Part shown: piece after piece, positions 48,129 to 57,943 of the stretch
Layout of the letters: each line of letters opens with the position of its first letter
How positions within the stretch are numbered: the first letter of the stretch is position 1
Source of the DNA: a bacterium
Lineage (GTDB): Bacteria > Patescibacteriota > CG2-30-54-11 > JBAXVQ01
Assembly (NCBI GenBank): GCA_037128935.1
Contig: JBAXVQ010000001.1
Coordinates: 60,124-124,123, forward strand
DNA length: 64,000 nucleotides
Direction of reading: 5' to 3'
Made by a program: the position numbers and the translations under genes
Notes under the pieces: generated by a model
What the model saw: only the letters and a program-made list of their open reading frames with translations
Database searches by the model: none
Told to the model about the DNA's origin: nothing

Positions 48129-48467
48129 ATGAAAGATTTTTTTAGAAACCAACTTGCAGAGCCGAAGAAAGCTGCTTTAGAGGTGCCTGCTCCAAAGTCG
48201 TCTTCAAAGAAGGTTGAAACGTCAGGCGAGAAAAAGCTTGCTGTTCAGTATGATCAGAAGGGAAATGTATTTCAAGTTGTACAGGTAATTGAGCAATTTT
48301 TACATGGGGTGAAGAATCAGATACAGATGCACTTACATAGCGTTGCAGTGAAAGTGAAAGGTATTCAGTCATCTCCTGCTGCTTTGCAGCGCGCTTGTCA
48401 GTCGATTATAGCCCAAGTGTTGCAGTCTTCATCTCAACCGGCCATTAGCACTCATTCGCAGTCTTAG
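48129..48467 (+). CDS. Hypothetical protein
   Basis: ORF downstream of TTGACA promoter-like site at ~48056. Confidence 0.55.
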   Translation: MKDFFRNQLAEPKKAALEVPAPKSSSKKVETSGEKKLAVQYDQKGNVFQVVQVIEQFLHGVKNQIQMHLHSVAVKVKGIQSSPAALQRACQSIIAQVLQSSSQPAISTHSQS

Positions 48468-48547
48468 GTAGTTGGTAGTCATTAGAAGTTTTTAGTGCAT
48501 AAGTATAAAAAAAGACGTCTTTTTTTATTAATACAAAGAGAAACGAA

Positions 48548-49054
48548 CTATTCGGCAGCTTTTTCTTTTTTCTTGGTAGGTGCTTTCTTAGTTTCTTCTT
48601 TCTTAGGTTCTTCAATAGGTTGAACAACTATGTTAATAGTAGTTTGAATATCTTGAGAGAAGTTGATTGTTACTTCAAAATTTCCAGTTTGTTTGATCGG
48701 TTTGTCGAGTTTGATTGCTTTGGCTTCAATGCGAATTTTTTCTTTCTTGAGTGCGTCTGCAATATGTTCACGATCAACAGAACCATACAGTTGATTTTTC
48801 TCACTGGCTTTTTCTTTGAAAGTAAGTGTTTTGCCTTTTAACTGTTCGGCGAGAGTTTTGAAGTGAAGGCGTTCTTCTTCGTGCTCTTTCACTCTGTTAT
48901 TTATTAGTTTTTGGTGGTGAGCAACTAGGCCTTTGGTGGCTAGTACAGCTTTCTGCTGAGGAATAAGAAAGTTGCGGGCATAGCCTGCGGCAACATTTTT
49001 AATTTCACCTTTGAATCCGAGGTCGGTAACATTTTGAAGCAATATCACTTGCAT
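48548..49054 (-). CDS. rplI: 50S ribosomal protein L9
   Basis: [20 protein letters not shown]; AAGGAG RBS. Confidence 0.97.
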   Translation of the reverse strand: MQVILLQNVTDLGFKGEIKNVAAGYARNFLIPQQKAVLATKGLVAHHQKLINNRVKEHEEERLHFKTLAEQLKGKTLTFKEKASEKNQLYGSVDREHIADALKKEKIRIEAKAIKLDKPIKQTGNFEVTINFSQDIQTTINIVVQPIEEPKKEETKKAPTKKKEKAAE

Positions 49055-49149
49055 TACACGGTTCTCCTTTGACTGAAAAATCAGGGGTGGCGTAAAGCCT
49101 TTCGTTATCATATCGTAAAAGTAAGTAATGGTAAACCCCCTTTTTCTTT

Positions 49150-49995
49150 ATGTTAAAACCTTGGGTGATCATTTCATATTTTATTTTGGTTATAAGCTTT
49201 GTGCTGTGTGGTTGGGGAGCTTCCTTTTCACGCCCATTGTTACATATTTATTTTTTCTCGATTGGACAAGGCGATGCAATTTTGATTCGATCCCCTGAGG
49301 GAAAGAATGTGCTTATTGATGGTGGGCCGGATCAGCTTGTTTTGGAGAAAATTGGATCAGTGCTACCGCTTTGGTCTCGGTCGATTGATATGCTTGTTAT
49401 AACAAATTCGGATGATGACCATATGGTTGGGGCGCTTGAAGTGCTTCAGAGATACCCTGTGTCGATGATTGTTGATAATGGTCGATTTGGAGTTGTCCCT
49501 CAGGAACAGTACTGGCTGTTTTTTGCTGCAGAGCATCGTATTCCACGATTTTTACCACAGCAGATTGATGTATTGCAACTCGATAGTGCAACTTCATTGA
49601 AGTTTTTTGTTTCGGAAAAAGCGACGAAAAATAATAATAACTATTCAGTGGTAACAAGGCTTGGTTATAAAGATTTTGATGCAGTATTTACTGGTGATAT
49701 TGAAAAAGAGATTGAGCAAGAACTGATTGACTCACCATTTCTATCGCCTGGGGAGCTTCTAAAGGTAGCTCATCATGGTAGCAAAACTTCATCAACACAA
49801 GCTTTTTTGAAGCGTTATAATCCGATGGTTGGTGTGATTAGCTGTGGAAAGGATAATCAGTATGGTCATCCTCATCAGGAAACGCTTGATTCTTTTAAAG
49901 AAAATCAAATGCAGCTGTTTAGGACAGATGAAGATGGGGATGTAGAGGTGGTGAGTGATGGGACAAATTTTTGGATAAATACGCTTAAGATTTGA
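49150..49995 (+). CDS. ComEC-like metallo-beta-lactamase-fold hydrolase (stand-alone)
   Basis: IGQGDA, LIDGG, DDDHMVG, FTGD, LKVAHHGS, YGHPH, RTD. Confidence 0.9.
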   Translation: MLKPWVIISYFILVISFVLCGWGASFSRPLLHIYFFSIGQGDAILIRSPEGKNVLIDGGPDQLVLEKIGSVLPLWSRSIDMLVITNSDDDHMVGALEVLQRYPVSMIVDNGRFGVVPQEQYWLFFAAEHRIPRFLPQQIDVLQLDSATSLKFFVSEKATKNNNNYSVVTRLGYKDFDAVFTGDIEKEIEQELIDSPFLSPGELLKVAHHGSKTSSTQAFLKRYNPMVGVISCGKDNQYGHPHQETLDSFKENQMQLFRTDEDGDVEVVSDGTNFWINTLKI

Positions 49996-51136
49996 TGATG
50001 ATTGATTCGGCAATTAGTAGCTGATCAGCAAGCTTTCCTTTGAAATAGTTGCCAGATATTTCAATGGTTTTCCCAGTCGTTAGGTCTTTGACATCACCTT
50101 TAGCTCCTGTTGCTGAGCCTTTTAATAGTGTCGTTTCATCGATTATTTGTACTCTCTGGGTTTTGCCAGCGGTTGTTTTGATGGTTATTTGATTACCAGT
50201 TCTTGATACAACAGTCCCTTCAACTTTTTCCATGCGAATGTTTGCTTCTGTTTCTTGGGTTGTTGCAGTTGTTGCGTCTGTTGCTGTGGTTGCTGCACTT
50301 GAGGCGAGGCCACCAACTTCAGTGATTTTTAGATTGCTAAAATACAAGCCTTTTTGTCCAAAACTATATAGTCCGATAGTTCCAGATGTAATAGATAGGT
50401 CATCAACATCAAACATTAGTTTGTCATTGATCCAGACTTTGATTTTTTTATCGTTTGCTTGCACTTTCATTGTGTATGCAGTTCCAGGTTCAAATTCCCA
50501 AGCGTTTGTTTTTAGGCTGGAAAATACTGGCTTATTATTTTTAGGTTGCTGTTTATCGAGCATAAGGAATGGACCACCGTTGGCGGGGTCTTTTACTGCA
50601 AGTATTCTATAAAATCCTGTGCTATTGGCACGAAAAAGTATTCCCATACCGTCATTGTCGTCAGATCGCATGGTGACTTGCATATCGAAGTTGTCAAAGT
50701 TTTTATTTTTCAATAAAGCGTAAGTACCGAAAAATTGTTTTCCAGCAATAGGCGCTCCGTATGTGCCACCCCAGATATTGCTAGTTTGAACTAATTCACC
50801 ATTTTTTACACTCCAGACTCCTGGTTTGTCGATGTTTCCAGTATCAGTTAACTCGAAATCACTAGCCAGTGTTGCTGGACTTGAAAAATTATTTTCGTAG
50901 AGTGTTTTTTTTGTGGTAACTGGAGCAGTTGTGGCAATAGGGGTTTCTTGGTCAGTAGGAACGATTTCTCCATCACTTGGTGTTGTATCGGCTTGTGGTG
51001 TTGTTGTAGTGGAGTCGAGAGGAATTTCTTGGAGATTGCTTGGAGCGTTGAATAATTGAAAGTTGAAGTAGAGCATGCCACCGATGCCGATGACGAGGAA
51101 TATGATGATGATAATAGTGCCGAATCTGCTTTTCAT
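49985..51136 (-). CDS. Membrane-anchored ConA-like (DUF1080-like) domain protein
   Basis: N-terminal TM, Thr-rich linkers, WSVKNGEL...GILFR...GTIGL...FSNLKI. Confidence 0.75.
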   Translation of the reverse strand: MKSRFGTIIIIIFLVIGIGGMLYFNFQLFNAPSNLQEIPLDSTTTTPQADTTPSDGEIVPTDQETPIATTAPVTTKKTLYENNFSSPATLASDFELTDTGNIDKPGVWSVKNGELVQTSNIWGGTYGAPIAGKQFFGTYALLKNKNFDNFDMQVTMRSDDNDGMGILFRANSTGFYRILAVKDPANGGPFLMLDKQQPKNNKPVFSSLKTNAWEFEPGTAYTMKVQANDKKIKVWINDKLMFDVDDLSITSGTIGLYSFGQKGLYFSNLKITEVGGLASSAATTATDATTATTQETEANIRMEKVEGTVVSRTGNQITIKTTAGKTQRVQIIDETTLLKGSATGAKGDVKDLTTGKTIEISGNYFKGKLADQLLIAESIIIKS

Positions 51137-51270
51137 GCTGGAGGCACTCCTTCCTTTTGTGAATTAAATGAAAAAGTCTTTTTTATTATAGTGATAAAAG
51201 TGAAAAGATGGAAGCGAAAAATTTATAACAGTATTGTTGTAAGTAAAACTGGAAAGCCAAAAAACCTTTT

Positions 51271-52236
51271 TTAAGCTACTGCTGCTAGTAGTAGGCTTAT
51301 ACAAAAACAAATGAATCCAAAAATTGTGAATCCTAGGACAATTTTTTGTTCCGAGTAGCCTTTTTTTTCGAAATGATGGTGTAGTGGTGAGAGAAGAAAT
51401 ATTCTTCGTCCAAATACTTTTTTCCATATTCTTTGAAGAATTACTGATCCAGTCTCGATAATGAATGGTAATCCTAAAACGAGCAAGATGAGAGGCATTT
51501 TTAATAGAATAGCTAGTGTTGTAATGAGTGCTCCGTGACTCATGGATCCCGTATCCCCCATAAAGATTCTTGCGGGATGACGGTTGTACCAAAGAAATGC
51601 AAATAAGGATCCAAGAATAACACAAGTGAAAGAAGCGATATCACTTCTTTGTTGTAGAATTGCGATGATTGTAAAAAATAAGTAGCACCATGCAAGTAAG
51701 CTTCCTGCTAATTGATCTAGTCCGTCAGTGATGTTTACTGCATTGGTTGTGCTGACGTAGAGTAGGACAAAAAATGGGATAATAATAAGCGGATTATTCA
51801 GGTGCAGACCTACTAGGGAAATTGAGAGTTCGTTGCTTTGCCCAATGAAAAAGCAGAGCAAGCTAGTGAGTAAAGCAAGGGTGCATTGAAAGAACAGTTT
51901 CATCAGAGGGGTGAGTCCAAAGAAGGTTTTTCCCTTGGTGCCGAGGATGTCGTCGAGAAGCCCTAGAAGTCCAAAGCTCCATGCAGCAGCTAGCAAAATA
52001 TACGTGTTTGTTGATGCTGCCAATAGGGGGACTAGAAGAGAGATGGCCACTAATATTAGTAGCCCTCCAAGGTTGGGAGTCCCTTCTTTTTTCTGATGGA
52101 GTTGATAGACGTTGGGGCGTATGTTTTGTTGAATGCGCTTGGGAACCCATTTTTTTGCTTTTGTGATGAAAGGAGGGTAGAGGAAGAATGTCAGTATGAA
52201 GGAGATGAGAATTCCTGCAACGAGAAGGATATACAT
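51271..52236 (-). CDS. mraY: Phospho-N-acetylmuramoyl-pentapeptide transferase
   Basis: KEGTPNLGG, NAVNITDGLD, FMGDTGS, PLHHHFE. Confidence 0.96.
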   Translation of the reverse strand: MYILLVAGILISFILTFFLYPPFITKAKKWVPKRIQQNIRPNVYQLHQKKEGTPNLGGLLILVAISLLVPLLAASTNTYILLAAAWSFGLLGLLDDILGTKGKTFFGLTPLMKLFFQCTLALLTSLLCFFIGQSNELSISLVGLHLNNPLIIIPFFVLLYVSTTNAVNITDGLDQLAGSLLAWCYLFFTIIAILQQRSDIASFTCVILGSLFAFLWYNRHPARIFMGDTGSMSHGALITTLAILLKMPLILLVLGLPFIIETGSVILQRIWKKVFGRRIFLLSPLHHHFEKKGYSEQKIVLGFTIFGFICFCISLLLAAVA

Positions 52237-52375
52237 TGCTTTTTCCTTTTTTTCGGAAGTGCTAGTTACTCTCTGTTGCTCAAGGAAGGAGAGTTGGCCA
52301 TTTAGAACTTATTGTCTATATCTAGTTATTAGAGGGCATGTAGTTGTGGAGTTGAAAGGGGGAAAAATTACGAAA

Positions 52376-53509
52376 TTAGGCTTCTTCTTGTTCTTTTGCT
52401 TTGCGACGTAGTGACCAGTTATGCCAAGTGACAAGAAGTGGGCTGGCGTTGAAAATCGAGGAGTATGTACCGACGATGATACCGATGATGAGGATAAGGA
52501 TAAAGTGTTTTATGCTTTCTGCGCCAAAAAAGTAGAGAGCAAAAAGAGTAAAAAGTACTGCAAGATTGATGTTTAACGAACGTACAATAGTTTGGAGCAA
52601 GCTTTGATTAACGATTTTTTCGAAAGGTTGACCAGCCATGCGCGTTAAGTTTTCTCTTGTACGGTCAAGGGAAACGATACTGTCGTGGACGGAAAAGCTC
52701 ATGATGTTGAGTAGTGCTACAACGAAGAGTGCGTCGATTTCCAAGCCGATAAAATGGCCAAGAACAGCAGTCATACCCAGAACGAAGATTAAGTCATGTA
52801 TGAGTGCGATTACCGCTACTACGCCGAATCTCCATCCGGAAGCTGGAGCTGGAACTGCGCGGAATGCATAAGCCATATAGAGAATGATAAAGAGAGCAGC
52901 GATGATAACAGCCCAAATCGTTTTTTGAGTAAGTTCTTTTCCAATTGTTGGTCCGATCGATTGGAGTTGTACTTTCTCGGTTTTTCCGAATTGATCAGTT
53001 ATTTTGGCAAGGATGTCTTCTTGTTCTTTTGCTGTAAGAGCTGCAGGGTTTTCAAAATCAACTGCAGTTGTTGTTGCTGTGTCTTTGTTGTTAGTGGGGG
53101 TAGTTGCGGCAATTGAAGGGCTTTTAGTTGATGCTGGTGTTAAGATGGCTGTAGTTGAGGGATTTGCTGTGGCGGCTGCATTTGCTGCTGCCGTAGCTGT
53201 TGCATCAGCTTTTACTTTCTTGGCTTTTTCATCTTCTTTCTGAGGGTCATAGGTTTTAGATTTTGAACGAATAACTACGTTGTTGGTGCCTGAAACCTGA
53301 ACAATGCTGTCCTTGTAACCAAGGTCTTCCATGATTTTGTAGACGGCAGCGGAATTCACTTCTTTTTCAGTCTTCAACTCAATCATTGATCCACCTTGGA
53401 AATCAATGCTGAGACGGAGGTCATAGCGCCAAAGGGCAATGAGTCCAATAACTAATAATATGCCTGAAAGGGCGTAGAACCAATTTCGTTTACCTACAAG
53501 GTCTATCAT
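52376..53509 (-). CDS. secF: Protein translocase subunit SecF
   Basis: IDFQGG, IGPTIG, ALIHD, GTYSSIF; Ala/Thr-rich insertion. Confidence 0.95.
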   Translation of the reverse strand: MIDLVGKRNWFYALSGILLVIGLIALWRYDLRLSIDFQGGSMIELKTEKEVNSAAVYKIMEDLGYKDSIVQVSGTNNVVIRSKSKTYDPQKEDEKAKKVKADATATAAANAAATANPSTTAILTPASTKSPSIAATTPTNNKDTATTTAVDFENPAALTAKEQEDILAKITDQFGKTEKVQLQSIGPTIGKELTQKTIWAVIIAALFIILYMAYAFRAVPAPASGWRFGVVAVIALIHDLIFVLGMTAVLGHFIGLEIDALFVVALLNIMSFSVHDSIVSLDRTRENLTRMAGQPFEKIVNQSLLQTIVRSLNINLAVLFTLFALYFFGAESIKHFILILIIGIIVGTYSSIFNASPLLVTWHNWSLRRKAKEQEEA

Positions 53510-53572
53510 TGAGAATGCTCCTAGGGGTCAGTTTTTCTCTGAAAATATAATGGATCGAATATACGATAATGA

Positions 53573-54970
53573 TTAAAAGAGTTTTCTTTTCTTCATGAAT
53601 TTGCTTTCAAGGAAGAGGTGGAGAAATTCTCTTGTTACTGTTATGGCAGTGAACAAGCTGATGAGAACACCGATAGCCAATGTTGCTGCAAATCCGCGGA
53701 TCACACCTGTGCCAAAGTAGTAGAGAATGCCGCAGGTAATTAAGGTTGAAGCGTTTGAGTCTCTAATAGATGGCCATGCACGGCTGAATCCAAGGTCTAC
53801 TGCAGCTTTGGTTGCTTTTCCACTTTTTAATTCTTCTTTCATGCGTTCGAAGATGAGGATATTGGCATCAACAGCTACGGTGACTGAAAGTATGAATCCA
53901 GCGATACCTGCAAGTGTAAGTACTACAGGGATGAGTTTAAATAATGCGAGTGTGAGAAGAGCATACACAACTAATGCCCATACAGCTACAAATCCAGACC
54001 AACGGTAGTAGAAAATCATGAAGATTATTACGACAAGGATGCCGATCAGACCAGCAAACACACTTTTCTTGAGAGCATCTTGTCCAAGTGTTGCGGAAAC
54101 ACGTCGTTCATCGATGATTTTGACAGGTGCAGGAAGGGCACCGGCGTTGAGCTGAATTGCAGTTTCCTTGGCTTTTTCTAGGCTTCCAAGTCCTTCGAGT
54201 GTTCCTTTGTCGCGGATTTCGCTTTTTACTAGCCCGTTGAAGAGAAGCTCGTTATCAAGATATATTGCTAATCTCTGATTATTATCGGCGAGTCTTTTGG
54301 TCAAAGCTCCAAATTTATCTGCTGATTCGGGTTTGATTTCAAAATTGACGGTAGCATCAAGTGTGCTGGTATTTGTTGAAGCGGTGGCTTTTTTAAGGTC
54401 ATTACCGGAAAGACCAGTTTCAAGTTCTTCAACGGTCGGTGCTACTGGAGATTGACCTTCTTTTGTAGGAACAGTAGTTTCTTTTACTTCTTTGAAAATG
54501 AGTTGTGCTGTTTTTCCGATAAGGTTTTTGGCTTCATCAATATTTTGTACACCTGGAAGTTCAGCTATGACACGATAAGTTTGTGCTGTGGGGTCTATAC
54601 TTTTTAGTAGTTTTGGTTCACTTACGCCGAATGCGTTAACACGCCGCTCAAGAATGGTTACGATACCTTCAAGGGCTTCGCTACGATCTTTTTCGGGGAT
54701 GTTGGACATATCTGCTTCAAGGGTTAGCTGCGTGCCACCTTGTAAATCAAGTCCTAAGTGTGCTTTTACTTCACGGTTAAAATTGATGCCTAATGGACGG
54801 AGATCAATATCTGGTCCGCGGACTGAGGAAATTTGTTTTCCTAAGATTTCTTTGTCGATTTTTATCGTGGGCAGTACAATGACGAATCCAAGAACAGTCA
54901 GCACGATAATGAACCAAAACAGTTTTCTGTGGCGATTTAGCAAGGCTTCGACTCCTTCGAGAATTAGCAA
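53573..54970 (-). CDS. secD: Protein translocase subunit SecD
   Basis: LGLDLQGG, RVNAFGVSEP, GALP, VDANILIFERMKEE. Confidence 0.96.
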   Translation of the reverse strand: MLILEGVEALLNRHRKLFWFIIVLTVLGFVIVLPTIKIDKEILGKQISSVRGPDIDLRPLGINFNREVKAHLGLDLQGGTQLTLEADMSNIPEKDRSEALEGIVTILERRVNAFGVSEPKLLKSIDPTAQTYRVIAELPGVQNIDEAKNLIGKTAQLIFKEVKETTVPTKEGQSPVAPTVEELETGLSGNDLKKATASTNTSTLDATVNFEIKPESADKFGALTKRLADNNQRLAIYLDNELLFNGLVKSEIRDKGTLEGLGSLEKAKETAIQLNAGALPAPVKIIDERRVSATLGQDALKKSVFAGLIGILVVIIFMIFYYRWSGFVAVWALVVYALLTLALFKLIPVVLTLAGIAGFILSVTVAVDANILIFERMKEELKSGKATKAAVDLGFSRAWPSIRDSNASTLITCGILYYFGTGVIRGFAATLAIGVLISLFTAITVTREFLHLFLESKFMKKRKLF

Positions 54971-55041
54971 ACATGATCTATTGTACGTAATTGTTGGAAA
55001 AACGGCAAGGGGAGGGGATGTGATGTTTTTTGAAAGGAATT

Positions 55042-55902
55042 TTATTCAACAAGTTTTATGTGAGCTTGTTGGAGTTTTTTGAGTAGGGATTCTGATATGG
55101 ATGTTTCCAGCTGCTGGCTGGTTTCGGCTGTGGATGAGTACCTAGCCGTGATTTCTATGCCCTTGGTGGTAAGTTTTGATGTAAGGATGGGATCCTTTTC
55201 TTCTTTGAGGTGTGTTTTGGTTCCTTTTTTAATTACATCGTTTAGAAGTTGTTTTACTTTTTCAAGATCTTCTTGTTTTGCGAGTACTATTGATAGGTTA
55301 TTCCAGATGAAGCCAGGAGTTGCTGATGAATTGAATATCGGGTGAGCCATGATGATGCTGTTGGCCATGTAGACTATTCGGCCGGTTGATTGTTCTCGTC
55401 CGAGACTGGCTCCGCTTTTTTCTTTTAGTGTGACGTAGAAAAAATCGATGCTAAGGACTCGTCCTTTAATACTATTTACTTCGATAATATCGCCTTCTCG
55501 GAATAGTGCTCCGGTGGTTATTTTGAGCCAACCTACAAAGCTGACTATCTCTTCGCGGAGTGAGACGGCGATACCGGCGCTGATGAAGCCGAGCATGGTG
55601 GCTAGGGAGCCTTCTCCGGCTGTCCAGATGGAGAACAGGAAAACAATGACGACGAGAATCATTATACGGTTAAATACTCGCTGGATGGCGGTTCGTTGTT
55701 TGTCGCCAGGGATTTTTGCGGTCATGAGTTTGAAGGTTTTGGGGAGGATGGTGGTGAAGATGATGAAGACGATGAGGGAGTAGAGCATTTTTGTGATTAT
55801 GGGGGAGGAGGGCATGAATTGGGTGAAGAGCCAGTGGTCCATGGTTTTTGCCTTTGTTGTTTGGTTGTATTGTACAGGGGGAAGAGGGGTGCTGTTAACC
55901 AT
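55042..55902 (-). CDS. MscS-family mechanosensitive channel
   Basis: GFISAGIAVSL, FREGDIIEV, GRV, TGRIVYMANS. Confidence 0.85.
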   Translation of the reverse strand: MVNSTPLPPVQYNQTTKAKTMDHWLFTQFMPSSPIITKMLYSLIVFIIFTTILPKTFKLMTAKIPGDKQRTAIQRVFNRIMILVVIVFLFSIWTAGEGSLATMLGFISAGIAVSLREEIVSFVGWLKITTGALFREGDIIEVNSIKGRVLSIDFFYVTLKEKSGASLGREQSTGRIVYMANSIIMAHPIFNSSATPGFIWNNLSIVLAKQEDLEKVKQLLNDVIKKGTKTHLKEEKDPILTSKLTTKGIEITARYSSTAETSQQLETSISESLLKKLQQAHIKLVE

Positions 55903-55936
55903 TTTTTTCTAAATAGGTTGAGGGCTTTGGGGTTGA

Positions 55937-56300
55937 ATGCCTAGCGGATGCTTTTGGGGGGAGCGTTTTTTCTGGGGTGGTTTGCAGCGAACCTTATTCC
56001 TTCGGTGGTTTTCGCCTGCATGTCGAGTTACTTTTTTTTCTTGATAAAAAAAAGTAACCAAAAAAAATCAAGTCGAAATAATCCCCGCGTTGTGGGTTAC
56101 GACGTATTTCGACGGGCATCAGAGGGCAGTTCGAGGTTGGGGGTGTACCCGTGAGGCTGTACCCGAGAGATGGGGAGGGGTGGAGAGATTCCGCGGGCGA
56201 CTGGTGTGGGTGTTGACCATTCGCTGGCGTGAGAAAATGCGGGTGCCTGACGAATGTCTTGTAATGCCTAACGGATGTTTGATGGTGCCTAGCGAATGCT
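55937..56300. repeat. Structured intergenic element plus 3x21-bp tandem motif
   Basis: Hairpins 56027-39/56046-58 and 56072-80/56105-13; RTGCCTRRCGRATG at 55937, 56243, 56264, 56285. Confidence 0.8.
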
Positions 56301-56304
56301 TTTT

Positions 56305-57669
56305 TTATGGGATGAGGGTTTGTTTGAGGGATTTTGCTATGTGGTGGATGTTGGGGGTGAGTTTCCATTGGGTGTCGAGGAATGGGTGGGTGGTGCGGAG
56401 GCGGGCGTATTCGATGGCGGGGTTGACGAGTTGGTTGTTGCCGGTAGGGATGATGAGGATGTCTTCTGGGGTTTTGCAGGTGGAGAGTTGGTAGGCAGGG
56501 TGAAGGAATGAGAGTTTTTCGTTGTTGAAGTGATAGAGGCCTGTTGTTTGTGGGTTTGTGATTGGTTGGGGTTTTCCTGTGGTGTTGCGGAGGATGAGTT
56601 GGGAGGTTGTGTAGGGGGTGGTTTTTTCTTTTTCGTTGTATGTTGTTGGGTTGAGGTCGTAGTGCTCGTTGGCGTGTTCGAGGATGTGGTAGTGGAGGAG
56701 AGGGGTGTTGTCGGCGATGAGTTGCATTTCGGTGAATAAGGGGATGGAGGCTACGATGCGAGCGTTACATTCGATGATGTAGACGGTTTCTTTTTCAATA
56801 TTTACAACGAAGTCGAGGCCGAATATGCCTTTGAAGCCTTGTTTGTACATCAGGTTGCCAATGGTTTCTGTGTGTTTGTAGATCGTTTCGCTGATGGTTC
56901 TGGGGAGTTCGGAAAATTGCCAAGTGGTGCCGCAGGTGCCACCCCAGCTGGTGGTGTAGTCGAGATAGCCGGTGATTTGGTGGCAGAGTGGTGCGTAGAT
57001 TGTGCCATGTTCTGTGCTGCAGGCGTTGATGGTGAAGGGGATGCCTTCGATGAATTGGCTGATTTTGGCTTTTTTGTTTTCGTTTTCTTTGAGGATGTGG
57101 TCGAATTCTGCTTGGTTGTTGACCAGAAATGTTGAGGAGCCGGCGAAGCCGTGGGGTAGTTGGATGATGAATGGGGTGTTGAAGATTTTGACAGCTTTTT
57201 CGTAGGTTGTGGCAATAAGTGGTTCTATGAAGTGTGGAGTTGCGGGGAGATCATTTTTTTCGAGAAATGCTGAGAAAGAGAGTTTGTCTTCGAAAAGAAG
57301 GTTAAGTTCGAAATCTGCGGCGAGTAGTTTCCAGTGTTTGTTTTCGCAGAATTTTTGTAGTGAGGCAGAGGGACGAAAGGGGAGTATGTGTGGTTGATTT
57401 CCTTTTGCCTGTTGCTGAATGTATGTTTCTACAAGTGGATGTTGGAGTAGTTTTGCTGTGTTGCGGATGACGACGTTTTTGTTGTTGAGTTCACGTTCGA
57501 GGCAGAATACGTTCACGCCGTTGTTTTGGAGGAGATCAACTATTTCTTTGTCGTCGATGCAGATGATGTGGTAGTTGGGGAGGGTTTTTTCTAGGCCGAT
57601 AGCCCAGAGGGGGTCGTTGCAGATGAAGAAGATGGGTACACTTCTTTGTTGAAGCGGTTGATTGTTCAT
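56305..57669 (-). CDS. ATP-grasp domain protein
   Basis: FEDKLSF, GFAGSST, SQFIEG, GIFGLDF, IIECNAR. Confidence 0.85.
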   Translation of the reverse strand: MNNQPLQQRSVPIFFICNDPLWAIGLEKTLPNYHIICIDDKEIVDLLQNNGVNVFCLERELNNKNVVIRNTAKLLQHPLVETYIQQQAKGNQPHILPFRPSASLQKFCENKHWKLLAADFELNLLFEDKLSFSAFLEKNDLPATPHFIEPLIATTYEKAVKIFNTPFIIQLPHGFAGSSTFLVNNQAEFDHILKENENKKAKISQFIEGIPFTINACSTEHGTIYAPLCHQITGYLDYTTSWGGTCGTTWQFSELPRTISETIYKHTETIGNLMYKQGFKGIFGLDFVVNIEKETVYIIECNARIVASIPLFTEMQLIADNTPLLHYHILEHANEHYDLNPTTYNEKEKTTPYTTSQLILRNTTGKPQPITNPQTTGLYHFNNEKLSFLHPAYQLSTCKTPEDILIIPTGNNQLVNPAIEYARLRTTHPFLDTQWKLTPNIHHIAKSLKQTLIP

Positions 57670-57725
57670 AGTTAAGAAATCTTGGTTGGGGTAGCTGCTC
57701 CGACGTGTCTGTCCTCCCTATAAGG

Positions 57726-57771
57726 GCTGGAAAGAAGCAAACGCTTTCTAAAGCGTTTGCTTCTTTCCAGC
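57726..57771. repeat. Perfect 22-bp inverted repeat (2-nt spacer)
   Basis: gctggaaagaagcaaacgcttt-ct-aaagcgtttgcttctttccagc. Confidence 0.92.
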
Positions 57772-57886
57772 TACTTTAAGCAGGGTGGGGTATCACTTGC
57801 AATTCCGATCTTGGTTGGTGGTTGTTCAGCATAATAATAAATACTCTTTAGACATCTGTTGTTCTTAGCTTACCTGTTTTGCAATT

Positions 57887-57918
57887 AAAAAGGGACATGA
57901 AACGTGTTCATGTCCCTT
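57887..57918 (-). terminator. Intrinsic terminator after malic enzyme gene
   Basis: aagggacatgaa/ttcatgtccctt hairpin with U-run on minus strand. Confidence 0.75.
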
Positions 57919-57943
57919 AAGAAAATCTATCGAAAATTGACGG

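Noticed and set aside
56243-56300. CRISPR array
   Set aside because: Only three degenerate 21-bp units with no spacers and no cas genes
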